The notes beneath the pieces were generated by a model, which saw nothing but the letters and a program-made list of their open reading frames with translations, was not told the origin of the DNA and ran no database searches. Below, in pieces: positions 28,435 to 41,410 of a DNA stretch of 64,000 nt. This DNA comes from Eledone cirrhosa (Eukaryota), in NCBI GenBank assembly GCA_964016885.1, contig OZ024740.1, positions 287,990,001-288,054,000 of the forward strand. Direction: 5' to 3'. The translations under genes were made by a program, and so were the position numbers. The first letter of the stretch is position 1; each line of letters begins with the position of its first letter.

Positions 28435-31400
28435 ATGACTTATTTACGAGTTGGAAGTGTGAATGTGCGTGGCCTAGGGATGTCCTGGAAACAGGACCAA
28501 CTTTTAAACGACCTTAGGTCACATGGTATGAATGTGATAGCCATCACAGAGTCCAAGATCCACAACAGGCAGCAAATAACCGCCATCTTCAATGACTTTG
28601 AGATCTACGCATTTCTCTGTCAGCCAGGAGGTGGAGGTGGAGTAGCTGTCATGTTTCGGAAAAACCTGGACCTCGAAGTACAGCAAGTACACTTGGACCC
28701 GGAGAGTTGACTGGTAGTCCTAGACGTGAACAGTGTTGGAGGTGGAGCCTTCAGACTGGTGGCCGTTTATGCCCCGACTGGGCAATCACGGCCAGACTTC
28801 TTTAAGCGTCTAGAGTCTTTTCTGGGAACGTCTCGCTCCTTGCTTTTAGCGGGGGACTAGAATGGTATCCTAGACGCACGATAGGACTATGTAGGATCAT
28901 GTCCCAGTAGAGGTGGGTGCAACAGCTTCAAACATTTAATCGCCCAATTCCAACTGGCCGATAGGTATCGAGAAGATTTCCCGACTGCACCACAGTGGAC
29001 GTGGACAAACCTTAGCGGGACATCTAGATCGTATTTAGACAGGTTCTTTTTGAGAGAGAGAGAGAGAGAGACATGAAGATGTTAAGTGGTTCACAGATGC
29101 ACATGGTTGCCTATTCAGACCACAAACTAGTCATCTGTATAGCCAACCGTGATAGAATACATAGACAAGGACCCGGATACTGGAAGCTCAACGTGTCACT
29201 GACACGTAAAGCCTACAGGGAACGGATAACTAGATTAGTTAAGCAACAGTTAACGGGAGCCATCGTCAACAATAGATGGTGGTACTCTCTCAAGAAAGCA
29301 ATTAGAGTAGAGTCGATAGACTTTAGCAGAGAATTAGCCTTAGAAAAAAACAAAACAGAAACAGAACTAGTAGCCAAGTTAGGAGTGGCAACGCAGCTAG
29401 AGTGCTAGCAACGAGAACGGCACTGGACCAGTTCTTCGACGCGAAACATGAAGGCTGCGTGGTCAGAAGTAAATCACGTGCTCTAGGAAACGAGGGAGCA
29501 AAAGCTGTTAGCTGGGCCCGAGTGGCAGAGGCGAAAAGTGGCAACAAGTCCACGATTCGGTCTTTGAAAGACCAAAACGGACGCGTGCTACTTGACTCCA
29601 AGCGGATGTGCGCGGCCTTTCAGCGGTATTTTGCGCAACTGTTCGAGCAGAGTGGCGGTGCGCCGAACGGGGCCATGGACTTCGGTTCATACCCCGACGG
29701 CCTGCCGCGCCTCTCGAGCATGGACGCCGAGTTCTGCGAAAGACCGATCACAGCCACTGAGATACAGGACGCTCTGGGCCGCTGCGAGAAACGCAAATCA
29801 CCCGGTGTAGATGGTCTACCCTATCAGTTTCACATAGGCATGCCGGACTTGTTCTCTGGCGTCCTCGAAGCCGTCTACTGCAACTGTCAGCAGAACGGAA
29901 GAATTCCCAGTTCTGCAGGCAAGAGCGTAGTAACGCTGATCAGGAAAGACGAGAACAAGGGGGACGAACCAAGTAACTTTAGGCCCATAACTCGGCTCAA
30001 CACAGAGTTAAAGATTTTGGCCAAAGTGTTGGCAACGAGGCTGGCGCTTGTCGTCGAGAACCTGGTAGGGAAAGCGCAAACGTGTGCAATCCCGACCAGG
30101 TCCATACACGACAACCTCCACCTCATGCGATACATCATAGAGCGGGTGGGGTGTAAACCCGGCTTCGGTGGGGCTCTGATAAATTTAAATCAGTCAAAGG
30201 CGTTCGATAGGGTCGATCATCGATACTTGGAAGCAGTTCTCAAGGCGGCCGGTTTCGGACCCGCTTCAGAGGCTGGATCAAAGCAATGCATACCAACATC
30301 TGCTCGACGGTCAAGGTGTACGGCTACCTATCGTTCCATCCGACAGGGATGCCCTCTCTCCTCTATTCTGAACGTGCTGACTCTAGAGCCACTACTGCGG
30401 AAGTTGGAGTTGCAGCAGGGCATCCTGTTGGAACCGGGACTGCGGAAAGCGGCGTCGGCTTATGCCAACAACGTGACTGTAATGGTGTCGGAAACCTCTG
30501 AAATCGGGGCGATCGGCAACTTACTGCAGGAATACGAAAGACTCACAGGAGCAAAACTGAACCCGGACAAGTCTGTCGGTTTGCAACTCGGAACGTGGAG
30601 AGGCAAACCGATGCCGTCCGACAGTGTCGTCGGACGCTGGACGGACGGACTGGTGAAATTGCTCGGGGTCTGGTTCGGTCCAGACCTGCAGGTGGAGAAA
30701 AACTGGAACGAGGTCACGGCCAAGGTATTTGCGCTCACCTAGAAGTGGGCAGAGTGCAAACTATCCTTAAAAGGTCGAGCGGAGCTGGCGAACACTTTCA
30801 TAGCGTCCGTCATCTACTACCGCTTGACCGTCGTGCCATGTCCCCATGAACACCTCACCAAGATGGAACGCATGCTATTCCAGTTCCTTTGGAAGAAGCA
30901 GGCTCCACTGGTGAGGAGATCCATCTGCTGAGAGCACCCTTCCAACAGAGGGCTGGGAATGCCGTGGCTGATGATGCGCAAACATGCGCTGAGGCTACGG
31001 CATCTCCAGGTATTCCTCACCGACCAACCGGTGTGGGAACCGTTTGAGAGACAGGCCTTCCGGCAACTTGTCTCGCTGACGGAGCTGCAGTCCTGGGTCA
31101 AGCGCAGACCGAAAACGATGGGCGCTTGGCACATTGAATGCGCTCAGGCGCTCACAGTCCTCTGTCAACGGGCACAGCAATCAGTGGAGACCCCACTTCG
31201 ACATTCTATAGAGGGTTAGTACGTCACAAGGGCGACGACGAGCTCACCAGTCTGTTTGGTAGGACTTTCCGCCCGGGACTTATGGACAACTTCCAGAGGT
31301 CCCTGCAGGAGCTCTACCAGTTCGAGATAAGATCTACAGGCACGGAGGCCCCGGCAGGGATCCTTCCCAGAGGACGTGTCCAAGATGCGAGCAGGACATT

Positions 31401-31793
31401 GAAACCGTCTTGCACGCAATTGTACACTGCCCGGGCGTAACTGACCTATGGAACTACGCAGAACAACTGCTGTCGTGTATGGGACAAATCCAGTTGACTG
31501 CCGAATCCATAGTAAGGATCAAACCGCCAACTTCTTTCAAAAACGAAAGAGAGGCGGTTTTCCTCTGTATAGTGGCTATGGCGAAAGAGCTTATATGGTG
31601 GACGAGATTGAGAGAACTGAGGACAGATGCCTTTCTCTCCGGACAACAACTCATTCCCTTCTTTAGGTACCACTTTAGAAGGAGAATCAGAGTGGAGAGA
31701 GAGACACTGCACCCCAGCAAATTTACTGAAAGGTTGGTGAATGTAGTGAAAATGGCCCGAGTGATTGGGCCTTCTCTGTATATAAACCTGTAG
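28435..31793 (+). pseudogene. Tx1 ORF2 (APE + RT + CCHC), disrupted
   Basis: VGSVNVRGL, VYAP, SYLDRF, SDH, PGYWKLN, SPGVDGLP, FRPIT, KAFDRVDH, RQGCPLS, AYANN (degenerate YADD), CPRCEQDIETVLHAIVHC. Confidence 0.93.
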
Positions 31794-32027
31794 GTTGAAG
31801 AAGAGAGCAAAAGGAGAAAGGAGCACTTGTACAACACACTCCTGAAGTTGAGGGTTGTTCTATCGACGGGGTATTAAACAACCCATTTGTGGCACCTCCC
31901 CCCTATTGGGGATTTCGATTGTTAAATTTGTTTGTTTCAATATTTTTACACGACTGTATGTAAAATCCCCGAGATGTGTCCTTGTATTGTCCCCTTTTCT
32001 TGTGCGCCCTTGTTGTCAAATAAAGAA

Positions 32028-32060
<33 letters not shown>

Positions 32061-32757
32061 CAGACATGGGCGCCCGGGCAGGGACCCTGCAAAAAAGATC
32101 TGTCCGAGGTGCGTGCGAGACGAAGAAACCGTCGCGCACGCATTCATACACTGCCCGGGCGTCACTGACCTGTGGGGCTATGTGGAACGACTATTGTCGC
32201 GGGTGGGACCAATCCAGTTGACCACCGAGTCCATTGTCATGATCAAACCGCCACCCTCCTTCAAAAACGAAGGAGAGGCGGTTTTCCTTTGTGTGATAGC
32301 TATGGCGAAAGAGGTTGTATGGTGGACAAGGTTGAAAGGGCTGAGGTCAGACACCTTTCTCTCCGGCCAACAACTGATTCTTTTTTTCAAATACCACTTT
32401 GGAAGAAGAATCAGGATGGAGAGAGAGGTGCTGTACCCCAGCAAGTTTTATGAAAGGTGGGTGAAAGTGGCGAGAATGGCCCGAGTGAATGGGCCTTCTC
32501 TCTATATCAGCCTGTAGGTTGAGGAAAAGGAGGAGGAGAGGAAAGGAGTACAAGCTCTTCGTACTCCTGGAGATGAGGGTTGCACATTTTTTTCGGGGGT
32601 CTGTGTTACCCATATAAACTGTCTCCCTCTATTGGGGAAAATCGACTAACTTTTAAATTCCATCTGTGATAACATTTTACACGTTTTTATTGTATGTAAA
32701 CTTCCCCCTTTGTATTTGTCCCCTTCTTTTGTGCCCCTGTGGCTAATAAAGAATATA
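32061..32757 (+). mobile_element. 5'-truncated Tx1-type LINE 3' end
   Basis: Open CPRCVRDEETVAHAFIHC..ARVNGPSLYISL; AATAAA + (TATC)n to 32800. Confidence 0.92.
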
Positions 32758-32800
<43 letters not shown>

Positions 32801-33399
32801 ACTTGAAAGAGTCGGGGCCCGACGGCATTTCGGAGGTGTTGGTGGGAAAGTGGGTCGGTAGGATGCGACCACCGAGTAAAAAAGTTAGTCTGACTTACCT
32901 ATGCGGCTATGCAGTCGGCCTTTTTGTGACCACCCCTCATAAAAATATATATAATCGCAAAAATTGTTTTTAGATAGTCTGAACTTAAGTATAATAGGTT
33001 TAGACAAGTTTACTGACTACTAGTATTAATAACACTCCCAAATTGACATTTTTTGAAACAACTGCATCTGTAACAACCGATGCAAACAAGATAAGAAAAA
33101 AGGTGCTGAGAAGAAGGATGATTGGAAAAAAAGAAGGACTGTGAGATAGTGCTTTAATATGCAGAAGCCTTTCGAATTTGTAGAAGTAGTGGGCCTGATG
33201 AAATCACTGAAAATTAGTTTAAGGATACTAAATCGCTAGCTTGACTATCAGCAGCTGAAATGGTAGATGACCAATAGATGACTAATAACGGGTGTGACTA
33301 ACAGAGAGACGTAAATCTGCTGTAGTTATAACAGATATATATTTCTCAATTGTCTACACACGTTTATAATTGATTATTGTTTTGAATTATCTACCGAGT

Positions 33400-35960
33400 G
33401 ACCAAGATGTCGTTTATGGGAAGAGATGAACAAAACAAACCATAGCTCTCATACAACAAATACATTAATTTTCTTCACTGTTCAATATGATTGGTGTTTT
33501 CCAGGTTTGACAGAGACAAATGATGTAAACAGTTATACATGTGGACCAATTTATTGGTAAGGGGGGACTGAGCTAGAAAGGAATTAATGAAAAACTACTC
33601 ATACACTTGAGAATATCAACCATGACACTTGCCTGGAAATTGTAAATCTGCTTCGGAAGTATGATTGCTGTATAACTGATCATCTCCCTCAAGTTGTTCG
33701 GTACAGCAAGAATCAACAAGTGAAGGCAAATAATTCACGAGGTTGAGTCTCCTTAGTAACTTATTGTTTCTACTTTTGGCACAAGGCCAGCAATTATCCA
33801 AGTGCATTACTGGTACTTTATTTTATCGACCCCGTAAGGATGAAAGGCAAAATTAACCTTGGCGGAATTTGAACTGAGAAGGTAAAGGGTCGTAACTCTA
33901 TGCTGCAAAGCATGGCGTCTGACCCTCTACCGATACTGCCAATCCACCGCCCTTTAAACTTAGTAATTTATGTTGTTTAAAACTACAGTGAATTCTGTGA
34001 TAAGATGCATCAGTGGATTTCTAAAGAAGCAACAGAGATGTTTTCTTTAGAAATTGATACTATTGAAGATATCTCAACTCGTCGTTGTTTGGTATATTGT
34101 TAGGACTCGTATTATTCAAGATATATTAGAAAGAGTAATGAAATATGAGAAACCTACTGGTAAAGCTTTCGTACAACTTGTTTCTGAAGTCATGTTAGGA
34201 CTGGACATTGACCTACAAAACTCTCTTGGAAACTCAACTGTTGGTACGGCAAACATGCGAGACCTTTAAAAAGGATTCAATACCACTACTACAACAAGGA
34301 TCTCTTCAAGGAAGCTTCAGATACACGATTTTTACTCCACACATGTGTTAAATCTCGTTATAACCGAAGCTACAAGTGTTGTGGTGACTAGCGAATCACT
34401 ATCCTTACTATTGAATGGCATTACAGTATTGTTTCAGGGAAATTATCAGCGAATGAAAATGCTGAATCGGTACTTTACTGATATTTGATAAAAGGAATGG
34501 AAATATGTCATTATTCAGATGGTTGTCAAAAGATATCACTTTCAAGAAGGTTTATGGTTCATTTAGCAATCCAATTGGAGTGCTTTTCATGAAAGTTACG
34601 ACATACCTTAATGCTATATTAGTTACTGACAAAATTCAAGCAGTTGTTATGGCCAAACTGAAGTGGTACATTGATAACCTTTTGAAGATTGAAATAATTC
34701 TATCTACTCAGGGATATCTGCAAGTATTCTCACACACTACAATGCTCAGAAACTAGATCTGATAATTGCGCACTGGATTGCGGATGAATTGCTAGAGAAT
34801 ACGATACGCAGATGCAACGGAATTACCCCCAAGCTTATGATGCAACAGCAAAGTTTATTGAATGAAATAGATGTAGTTTTTGTTATAGAAAAGTTAATTC
34901 CTATAAAACGCTAAAGGTTGCACAAACGGAGTGATGATGAACTGCATACAGACGAGGCTACATCAGCCTCTGATTCACAAAAGAAGTATTTCATTGAAGG
35001 GTTCAACAGAATAGTGGAAACTACTGTGAGCAGTATTGAGCAACAGTTTAACGTCAGAAACATCAACATTTTTATGTAATTAATTTCCCGCTTCTTCACT
35101 AGCTTCGGTGGGGAGCTATGGAAGACCTGCATAAACATTTGCTGAAATTTGTTAAGTATATCACTGCAGAATAACTAAGAGCATAACTTGAAGCCTTGGA
35201 GAACTCTAACTAATTGAAATTGTTTCTACTTTTGGCACAAGGCCAGCAATTATCCAGTGTATTACTGGTACTTTATTTTATCGACCCTGCAAGGATGAAA
35301 GGCAAAGTTAACCTCGGCGGGATTTGAACTCAGAATGGCATATTGAAATAATAAATAGCAGATGCTTAACGTGTGCAAGAGGTGTCGGAAGTCAATCCCA
35401 GTGAGTCTGAACAAGACAAAAAACTTTATCAAGTACTTGTAAATCATTTAAAGAATGTTCTCTACAGGGCTGGTGGAACTGGGAGGGGGCCAGAGGAGGC
35501 CATGCCCCATATTTATATGTTTCTCCCCAATCTACTAAAACACACATCTATTTGTATATGCGCTGCAATTTATGTACATGTTATGTTTATCGCATATCGA
35601 AGTTTTTAATATCTTGGCTGATATTTGATAATAACAGCTAAACTAATCACTACAACTAAATTGACCCCCCCCCACACCACCAATTCAGAAATGCTTCCAC
35701 CGCCCCTACTCTACTACTACTACAACAAGGTGCTCTTCAAGTTGAAGCTGCAAGGACATTCGGCTTACCTACGGGTTGTTTCCAACGGAACCTGTGACAC
35801 AGGTGACATGTCAACGGTTTTCTCTGCTTTGAAGAAAATCAAAAGCCGTCTTCAAAGTGCAATGACCCAAGAGCATCTTGAATGGGTTCATACTAATGTA
35901 TGTAAAAAAAGGGATTCTGACCAAACGTGACACTAAGTCTATCAATGATGGTGACTAGGG
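33400..35960 (+). mobile_element. Highly decayed hAT (ZMYM1/Tip100-like) transposase
   Basis: Remnants LGLDIDL..GTANM, HVLNLVI, KKYFIEGFNRIVE and hAT dimerization-like FSALKKIKSRLQSAMTQEHL; interrupted by SINEs at 33762-33952 and 35218-35340. Confidence 0.65.
35466..35707. mobile_element. hAT-type MITE
   Basis: TIRs AGGGCTGGTGGAA / TTCCACCGCCCCT; flanking CTCTAC duplication. Confidence 0.55.
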
Positions 35961-36212
35961 CTGCCAGAAATAGCAAACAACACCAGCATCTACTTTCTTA
36001 GACATGACATACATTGGTGTCATTGTACTGGAAATAAATTTAATTTGCAGGAGGTCTTATTTAGCTTTATTTTCACTATTTTCTTTTGCAGATAAGCAAA
36101 ATACACGTGAATAATGGGCTGACCTAGAAGGTGACGGATGACTGGCCCAGTTTTAAAGATCCAGTTCACAGACACAGACACAGACGTAGACACAAACGTG
36201 TGTATGTGTTTA

Positions 36213-36312
<100 letters not shown>

Positions 36313-36320
36313 CTATATAT

Positions 36321-36511
36321 AATTGTTTCTACTTTTGGCACAAGGCCAGCAATTATCCCAGTGCATTACTGGTACTTTATTTTATCGACCCCGTAAGGAT
36401 GAAAGACAAAGTTAACCTCGGCAGGATTTGAACTCAGATCAGAAAGGGGCGTAACTCTGTGCTACAAAGCATGTTGTCCGGCCCTCTACCAATACTGCCA
36501 AACCACCACCC
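36321..36511 (-). mobile_element. tRNA-SINE (main family)
   Basis: Near-identity to other copies. Confidence 0.9.
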
Positions 36512-36655
36512 TCACACATTTATATATAATGGACAAAACGAGGCAGTTTCGTTGAAAAATATGTATAGCGTATCGATCGACGCGTGTTTCGCAGAGGATT
36601 GGCTGAAGGTGACCTATAGGAGTTATGGACCCGACTCCAGTATCGATCTGCTCCT

Positions 36656-36707
<52 letters not shown>

Positions 36708-36767
36708 GAATATAAAATGAAAGTGCTTTTATAAAGATATATTATCACTACATTATTGATAACTTGA

Positions 36768-36838
<71 letters not shown>

Positions 36839-36960
36839 TATATATATATATATATATATTAAAATATATATATATTAAATATATATATATTAAAATATAT
36901 ATATATATATATTAAAATATATGAAATATAAGAATCAAAGAACTGTTCAAAACATTTTTG

Positions 36961-37007
36961 TGCTTACAACTGTTTCCTCCAAACCGAGGTTTGGATTCTT
37001 TGGAGCA
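36961..37007 (-). ncRNA. Hammerhead ribozyme motif in the 3' pseudo-LTR (core mutated)
   Basis: TGCT-CCAAAGA-ATCCAAACC/GGTTTGGAG-GAAA-CAGTTG-TA-AGCA. Confidence 0.65.
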
Positions 37008-38457
37008 ATTTATTAATGAATGGACAGTTATATGACCTCCTTTTCACCCAAGAGACATACAGATACATATGCAAATATTGTGGGTCAACATTCATTACAG
37101 CATTTAGAGTGGCAGTACACACTTAGAGATTACATTCATATTAAAAGGTACAATCAAAAATCAAAAATACATGTTAAAATACAACATGAAAATAAGCGGT
37201 TATATAGTGCAAATGTTATATGTGTGGAAAGCAGGTGCGTCTTGTTTATATAGTGTGGCAGAGAGTTACGTGTAGTAGAAGCACTTAGGTAGGTAAACAA
37301 GAGTGTTAGGTTGGTTGATCTGGTGGCAAATTCTTTATATGATTGTTATAGTCTGTGTGTGGAGAAATGATATAAGCATTAAAAATAGTGCAAGCATTAA
37401 AAATATTAAAAGTATTGGAAATGCACAGCGAAGGGATGTTATGGACTTCATGTACTTCGACATTTTCATAGTCCGGGGAGTGTATTTTTCAGATTATATG
37501 CCCCTCACATAATCCACGACAATTCGATATTGAGCGTTTGACAATCCATTTAGAGAATCGTAGTCTGATGTTCTTTAGTTCAATACAGGAGGCTGTTACG
37601 TTTCGAGAATCGACATTGAATACTACCCGGAAGTGTGTGTGTGGCTAAGGGGAGTTAATGCATGAGGGGAGGTAACTCCGAGGTTTCTATTACTAACTAT
37701 TGAAATGTGTCTCAAAGTAGACCCTAATTTCTATGGTTATGCGCAACTTCTAAAAAATTTCTAAAGCATAAAGTGTTTTAACTATAGAGTAGTCTATTAA
37801 GTTGTGCTGAAGGTGTTCGTATTATTATGGTGAATTAACCCCCATCGTAGGGTGCCACAAATGAATATTATAGACGACGAGCGAGGATTCTAAATTAATG
37901 ATCTCTGTGGTTGTAGTTTACTCATAGGACCAGGCGTGGTGATTGCAGAATCACTTCAACACACAATGATCCCTGGTAAGTTCTGGGTCATCGCTTGCTA
38001 CATTGGATGTCGAAAGATAATCATCACCAGGGCCGACCAGAGGTCAATCCGCAGTCCTCATGACCCCACTCTGACCATCAAATCATCCATATATGTACAA
38101 CCCGCACGCCAGTTGCAATACATTCATTCTCTGCACTCAGCGTCCTGGTCCTACTGCTCAACAGCGTTACTAGATTAAATCGTTTTTTATCTGTCCAAGG
38201 AAGGCACTTCCTCTGCACAACACTACCAAGCCAATCAATTCATGCTTAAATTACCTATAGAGCGGTGTAGTGCAGTTCAAGTGGGTGGATGTTGTCACAC
38301 CTAACGTAGAGGTATAAATGGGTATTCGCCCTGCGAAGGGTTCCAGAGGGATGTCGTTGTTTGTGTTATATTAGATCAGTTAGTGTTGGGTATGTGGTAT
38401 AAGGTGTGCCCCTGGTGTTTGATGCTAGAGGTGGTGTTTGGTTCAAGTCCGACATTG

Positions 38458-39666
38458 CTATATATTGGGCTTAAAGTTTTGGAAGGAATGTCTGAAGCGG
38501 TGCTGGCAAGTTGCAAACACTTCAGATTTTTTGTTAAGTAGGTTACGGTTAGAGAAGATAATACTGTGGGTCTCTAGTATACAGAGGTTACAAAATTTAT
38601 TATGTGGTTTGTACGAAGTCGCGCTGCCTATCACTTCCCATTTGAGTGTGTAAGGTTTATTTTTAGTTTTTAGATAGTGTATGTAGCTAGATAGTGAGGT
38701 GGAGTTGGCTAGGCTGTGCTTTTTGAACGAGTGGATGTGCGAATTATATCTGATTTTGAAGCAGTTAGAAGTGGAGCCTACATAGGTTTCTGAAGAGTTG
38801 CTAGTTGTGACGGTGCATGAGTATATGATATCCTTGGTTAGGCATTTTTTATCTAAAGGGCAGGTTCTATTAGCTCTACAGTTACAATTATCCTGTGTGT
38901 TAGTCTGCTGGTTATCATGCAGTGCAGAAGTCTGGGTGGTAGCTATAGGATTTTGGACATTCGGGTTGTCAACCCCGGTGTTATTTCTTATACTAGTGTT
39001 ATTTCTATTGTTACTGCCGTTACTATGGTTGCTTGCTACAGAGGTATTTAGAAGGTTTGCATCCTGTTGTGATTTCATTTGTTGGAAGTAAGAATTAATT
39101 TTACTTTTATTGCTGCTAGCTATGTGGTATGCTAAGTTAGGCGTCGTAGAGTATGAGATTTTAATAGTGTTTTTGTTTAAAAGGTTGTGGTACTTGTGTC
39201 CTAGAGGAAAGTTTTTATCTAGTAGTGAGAAGAAAGCCCTAGGTATGTTGGTGGAGACATTTAGGTTGAAAGGAGGGTTGAAAAATGTATTATTTCTTCT
39301 TCTATTTTTGTTTTTAGTATTTGGTGTGTTGTTTCTTCCTAAGGCACTACAGTAGTTTCCGTGGTAATGGTTACTTTCGGTGGCACCCTCCGCTTTGGTG
39401 TACTTGTGGTTGCTATTCCTATTATTAGGTTTCCTCATGGACATGTTGTGCGAGATGATGTTGTAGCTATGTGTTTTCTTAGGTAGGAACTCAATTTCTA
39501 TATTATGGCCGGATCTAGCTAATGCTTGATTGTAATATTGTGAGTTTTTGCTAAATATGTTTGCGTCATAGGATAGATTAGAAATTCTATTGGATACCCC
39601 CTTAGAGATATTTGCATTTGTATCTGTATGTCTCTTGGGTGAAAAGGAGGTCATATAACTGTCCAT
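38458..39666 (-). CDS. Penelope-like RT C-terminal region + GIY-YIG endonuclease (402 aa, RT core missing)
   Basis: FFNPPF..TN, NKNTIKISYS, CNCRANRTCPLDKKCLTKDIIY..YVGST..FKIRYNSH..SF, CNLCILE, LLNKKSE..CQH. Confidence 0.88.
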   Translation of the reverse strand: MDSYMTSFSPKRHTDTNANISKGVSNRISNLSYDANIFSKNSQYYNQALARSGHNIEIEFLPKKTHSYNIISHNMSMRKPNNRNSNHKYTKAEGATESNHYHGNYCSALGRNNTPNTKNKNRRRNNTFFNPPFNLNVSTNIPRAFFSLLDKNFPLGHKYHNLLNKNTIKISYSTTPNLAYHIASSNKSKINSYFQQMKSQQDANLLNTSVASNHSNGSNNRNNTSIRNNTGVDNPNVQNPIATTQTSALHDNQQTNTQDNCNCRANRTCPLDKKCLTKDIIYSCTVTTSNSSETYVGSTSNCFKIRYNSHIHSFKKHSLANSTSLSSYIHYLKTKNKPYTLKWEVIGSATSYKPHNKFCNLCILETHSIIFSNRNLLNKKSEVFATCQHRFRHSFQNFKPNI

Positions 39667-39678
39667 TCATTAATAAAT

Positions 39679-39725
39679 TGCCCCGAAGAATCCAAACCTC
39701 GGTTTGGAGGAAACAGTTGTAAGCA
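39679..39725 (+). ncRNA. Hammerhead ribozyme motif in the inverted pseudo-LTR
   Basis: TGCC-CCGAAGA-stem II TCCAAACC/GGTTTGGA-GAAA-CAGTTG-TA-AGCA. Confidence 0.7.
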
Positions 39726-40028
39726 CAAAAATGTTTTGAACAGTTCTTTGATTCTTATATTTCATATAACTGCTCTGTAAATCATCTGATGTTTTTACAT
39801 TGAGCTACTTAACTTACTGGTAATAAGGTAGTAATATATTACTGCCTACCACTATTTAGGGTTTGTATAAAAAAATATATATAACTGCAAAAGGTTTTTG
39901 GATTTACATAACCATAAATAGTATAATTAATACTATTAAAATATATATATATTAAAATATATATATTAAAATATATATATATATATATATATTTTAGTCT
40001 TCAAATTTATTATTATTACTATTATTAT

Positions 40029-40123
<95 letters not shown>

Positions 40124-40260
40124 GAAGTTATATTTAAATTGTTGGGATACAACAAGCAAATATTATTATATTATTATAACTGATATAAAGCACTCAACAA
40201 ATTTTTGGAGTAAAAATACAATATATTAACAAATGGAAACTATATTTATAAAACCATATT

Positions 40261-40325
40261 TATTTCATTATACATATTTCATGGACACCAAAGCAAATTA
40301 TGGTGCGCTTTCATCAGATAAAATA
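40261..40325 (-). ncRNA. Minimal type I hammerhead ribozyme (left arm of palindrome)
   Basis: Reverse complement of 40471-40535 with one substitution. Confidence 0.8.
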
Positions 40326-40470
40326 TAATATAGATCAGTTTTATAAACAAATATTCACATACCCTTAAAGAATTCAACCATGTCTGTTGGAAGCTCTTAA
40401 AGAATGCAACCGACATGGTTGCATTCTTTAAGGGTATGTCCATATATGTTTATAAAACTGATCTATATTA

Positions 40471-40535
40471 TATTTTATCTGATGAAAGCGCACCATAATT
40501 TGCTTTGGTGTCCTTGAAATATGTATAATGAAATA
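40471..40535 (+). ncRNA. Minimal type I hammerhead ribozyme (right arm of palindrome)
   Basis: TATTTTAT-CTGATGA-AAG..CACCA/TGGTG..CTT-GAAA-TATGTA-TA-ATGAAATA; 8-bp stem I with one G-U. Confidence 0.85.
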
Positions 40536-40577
40536 AATATGGTTTTATAAATATAGTTTCCATTTGTTAATATATTG

Positions 40578-40608
<31 letters not shown>

Positions 40609-40615
40609 GTGTGTG

Positions 40616-40684
<69 letters not shown>

Positions 40685-40889
40685 ACATATTTATACACAC
40701 ACACACCCATATATATATATACATATAGGCACACATATATATGTACATACTCATCCACACACATATAAACATGTAAAGAGAGGGGTAGAGGGTAGATATG
40801 TGTGGCTAGGTAGATAGGTAAATAGATAGAAAGATAAAAAAGCAAAAGTGTAACTAGAGAGGCTGTATGATAGTAGCGAAGAGATAGAC

Positions 40890-41410
40890 AAAAGAGGGAG
40901 AGAGAAAGAGAGAGAGGGAGAGAGAGTGGGAGGGAGAGAGAGAGAGGGAGAGAGGGTGAGAGAGAGAGAGTGAGAGAGAGTGAGAGAGAGAGTGAGAGAT
41001 AGTGAGAGAGAGAGTGAGAGATAGTGAGAGAGAGTGAGAGAGTGAGAGAGAGTGAAAAAGGGAGTGAGAGAGAGTGAGTGAGGGAGGGAGAGAGAAAGAG
41101 AGAGAGTGGGAGAGAGAATGAGTGAGAGAGAGAGTGAGAGAGATAATGAGAGAGAGAATGAGAGAGAGAGTGAGTGAATGAGGGAGAGAGAAAGAGAGAG
41201 AGAGTGAGAGAGAGAATGAGAGAGAGAATGAGAGAGAGAAAAAGTGAGAGATAGAAAGAGAGAGAGAGAGAGAAAGAGAGAGAGAGTGAGTGAGTGAGAG
41301 AGAGGGAGAGAGAGTGAGAGAGAGTGAGAGAGAGTGAGAGAGAGTGAGAGAGAGAGAGACAATGAGAGAGAGAGTGAGTGAGTGAGTGAGAGTGAGAGAA
41401 AGAGAGGGGG
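40890..41410. repeat. Degenerate (GA)n/(GAGT)n tract
   Basis: Purine-rich low complexity. Confidence 0.9.

Larger units (their letters stand above)
26487..32028 (+). mobile_element. Near full-length L1/Tx1-clade LINE, inactivated
   Basis: Bounded by (TATC)n on both sides; ORF1 + ORF2 + 3' UTR with AATAAA. Confidence 0.93.
36920..39940 (-). mobile_element. Penelope-like element, 5'-truncated, with inverted pseudo-LTRs, inserted in (AT)n
   Basis: 36920-37078 is the reverse complement of 39608-39767; one arm extends ~170 bp further; GIY-YIG ORF between; AT tracts on both sides. Confidence 0.9.
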
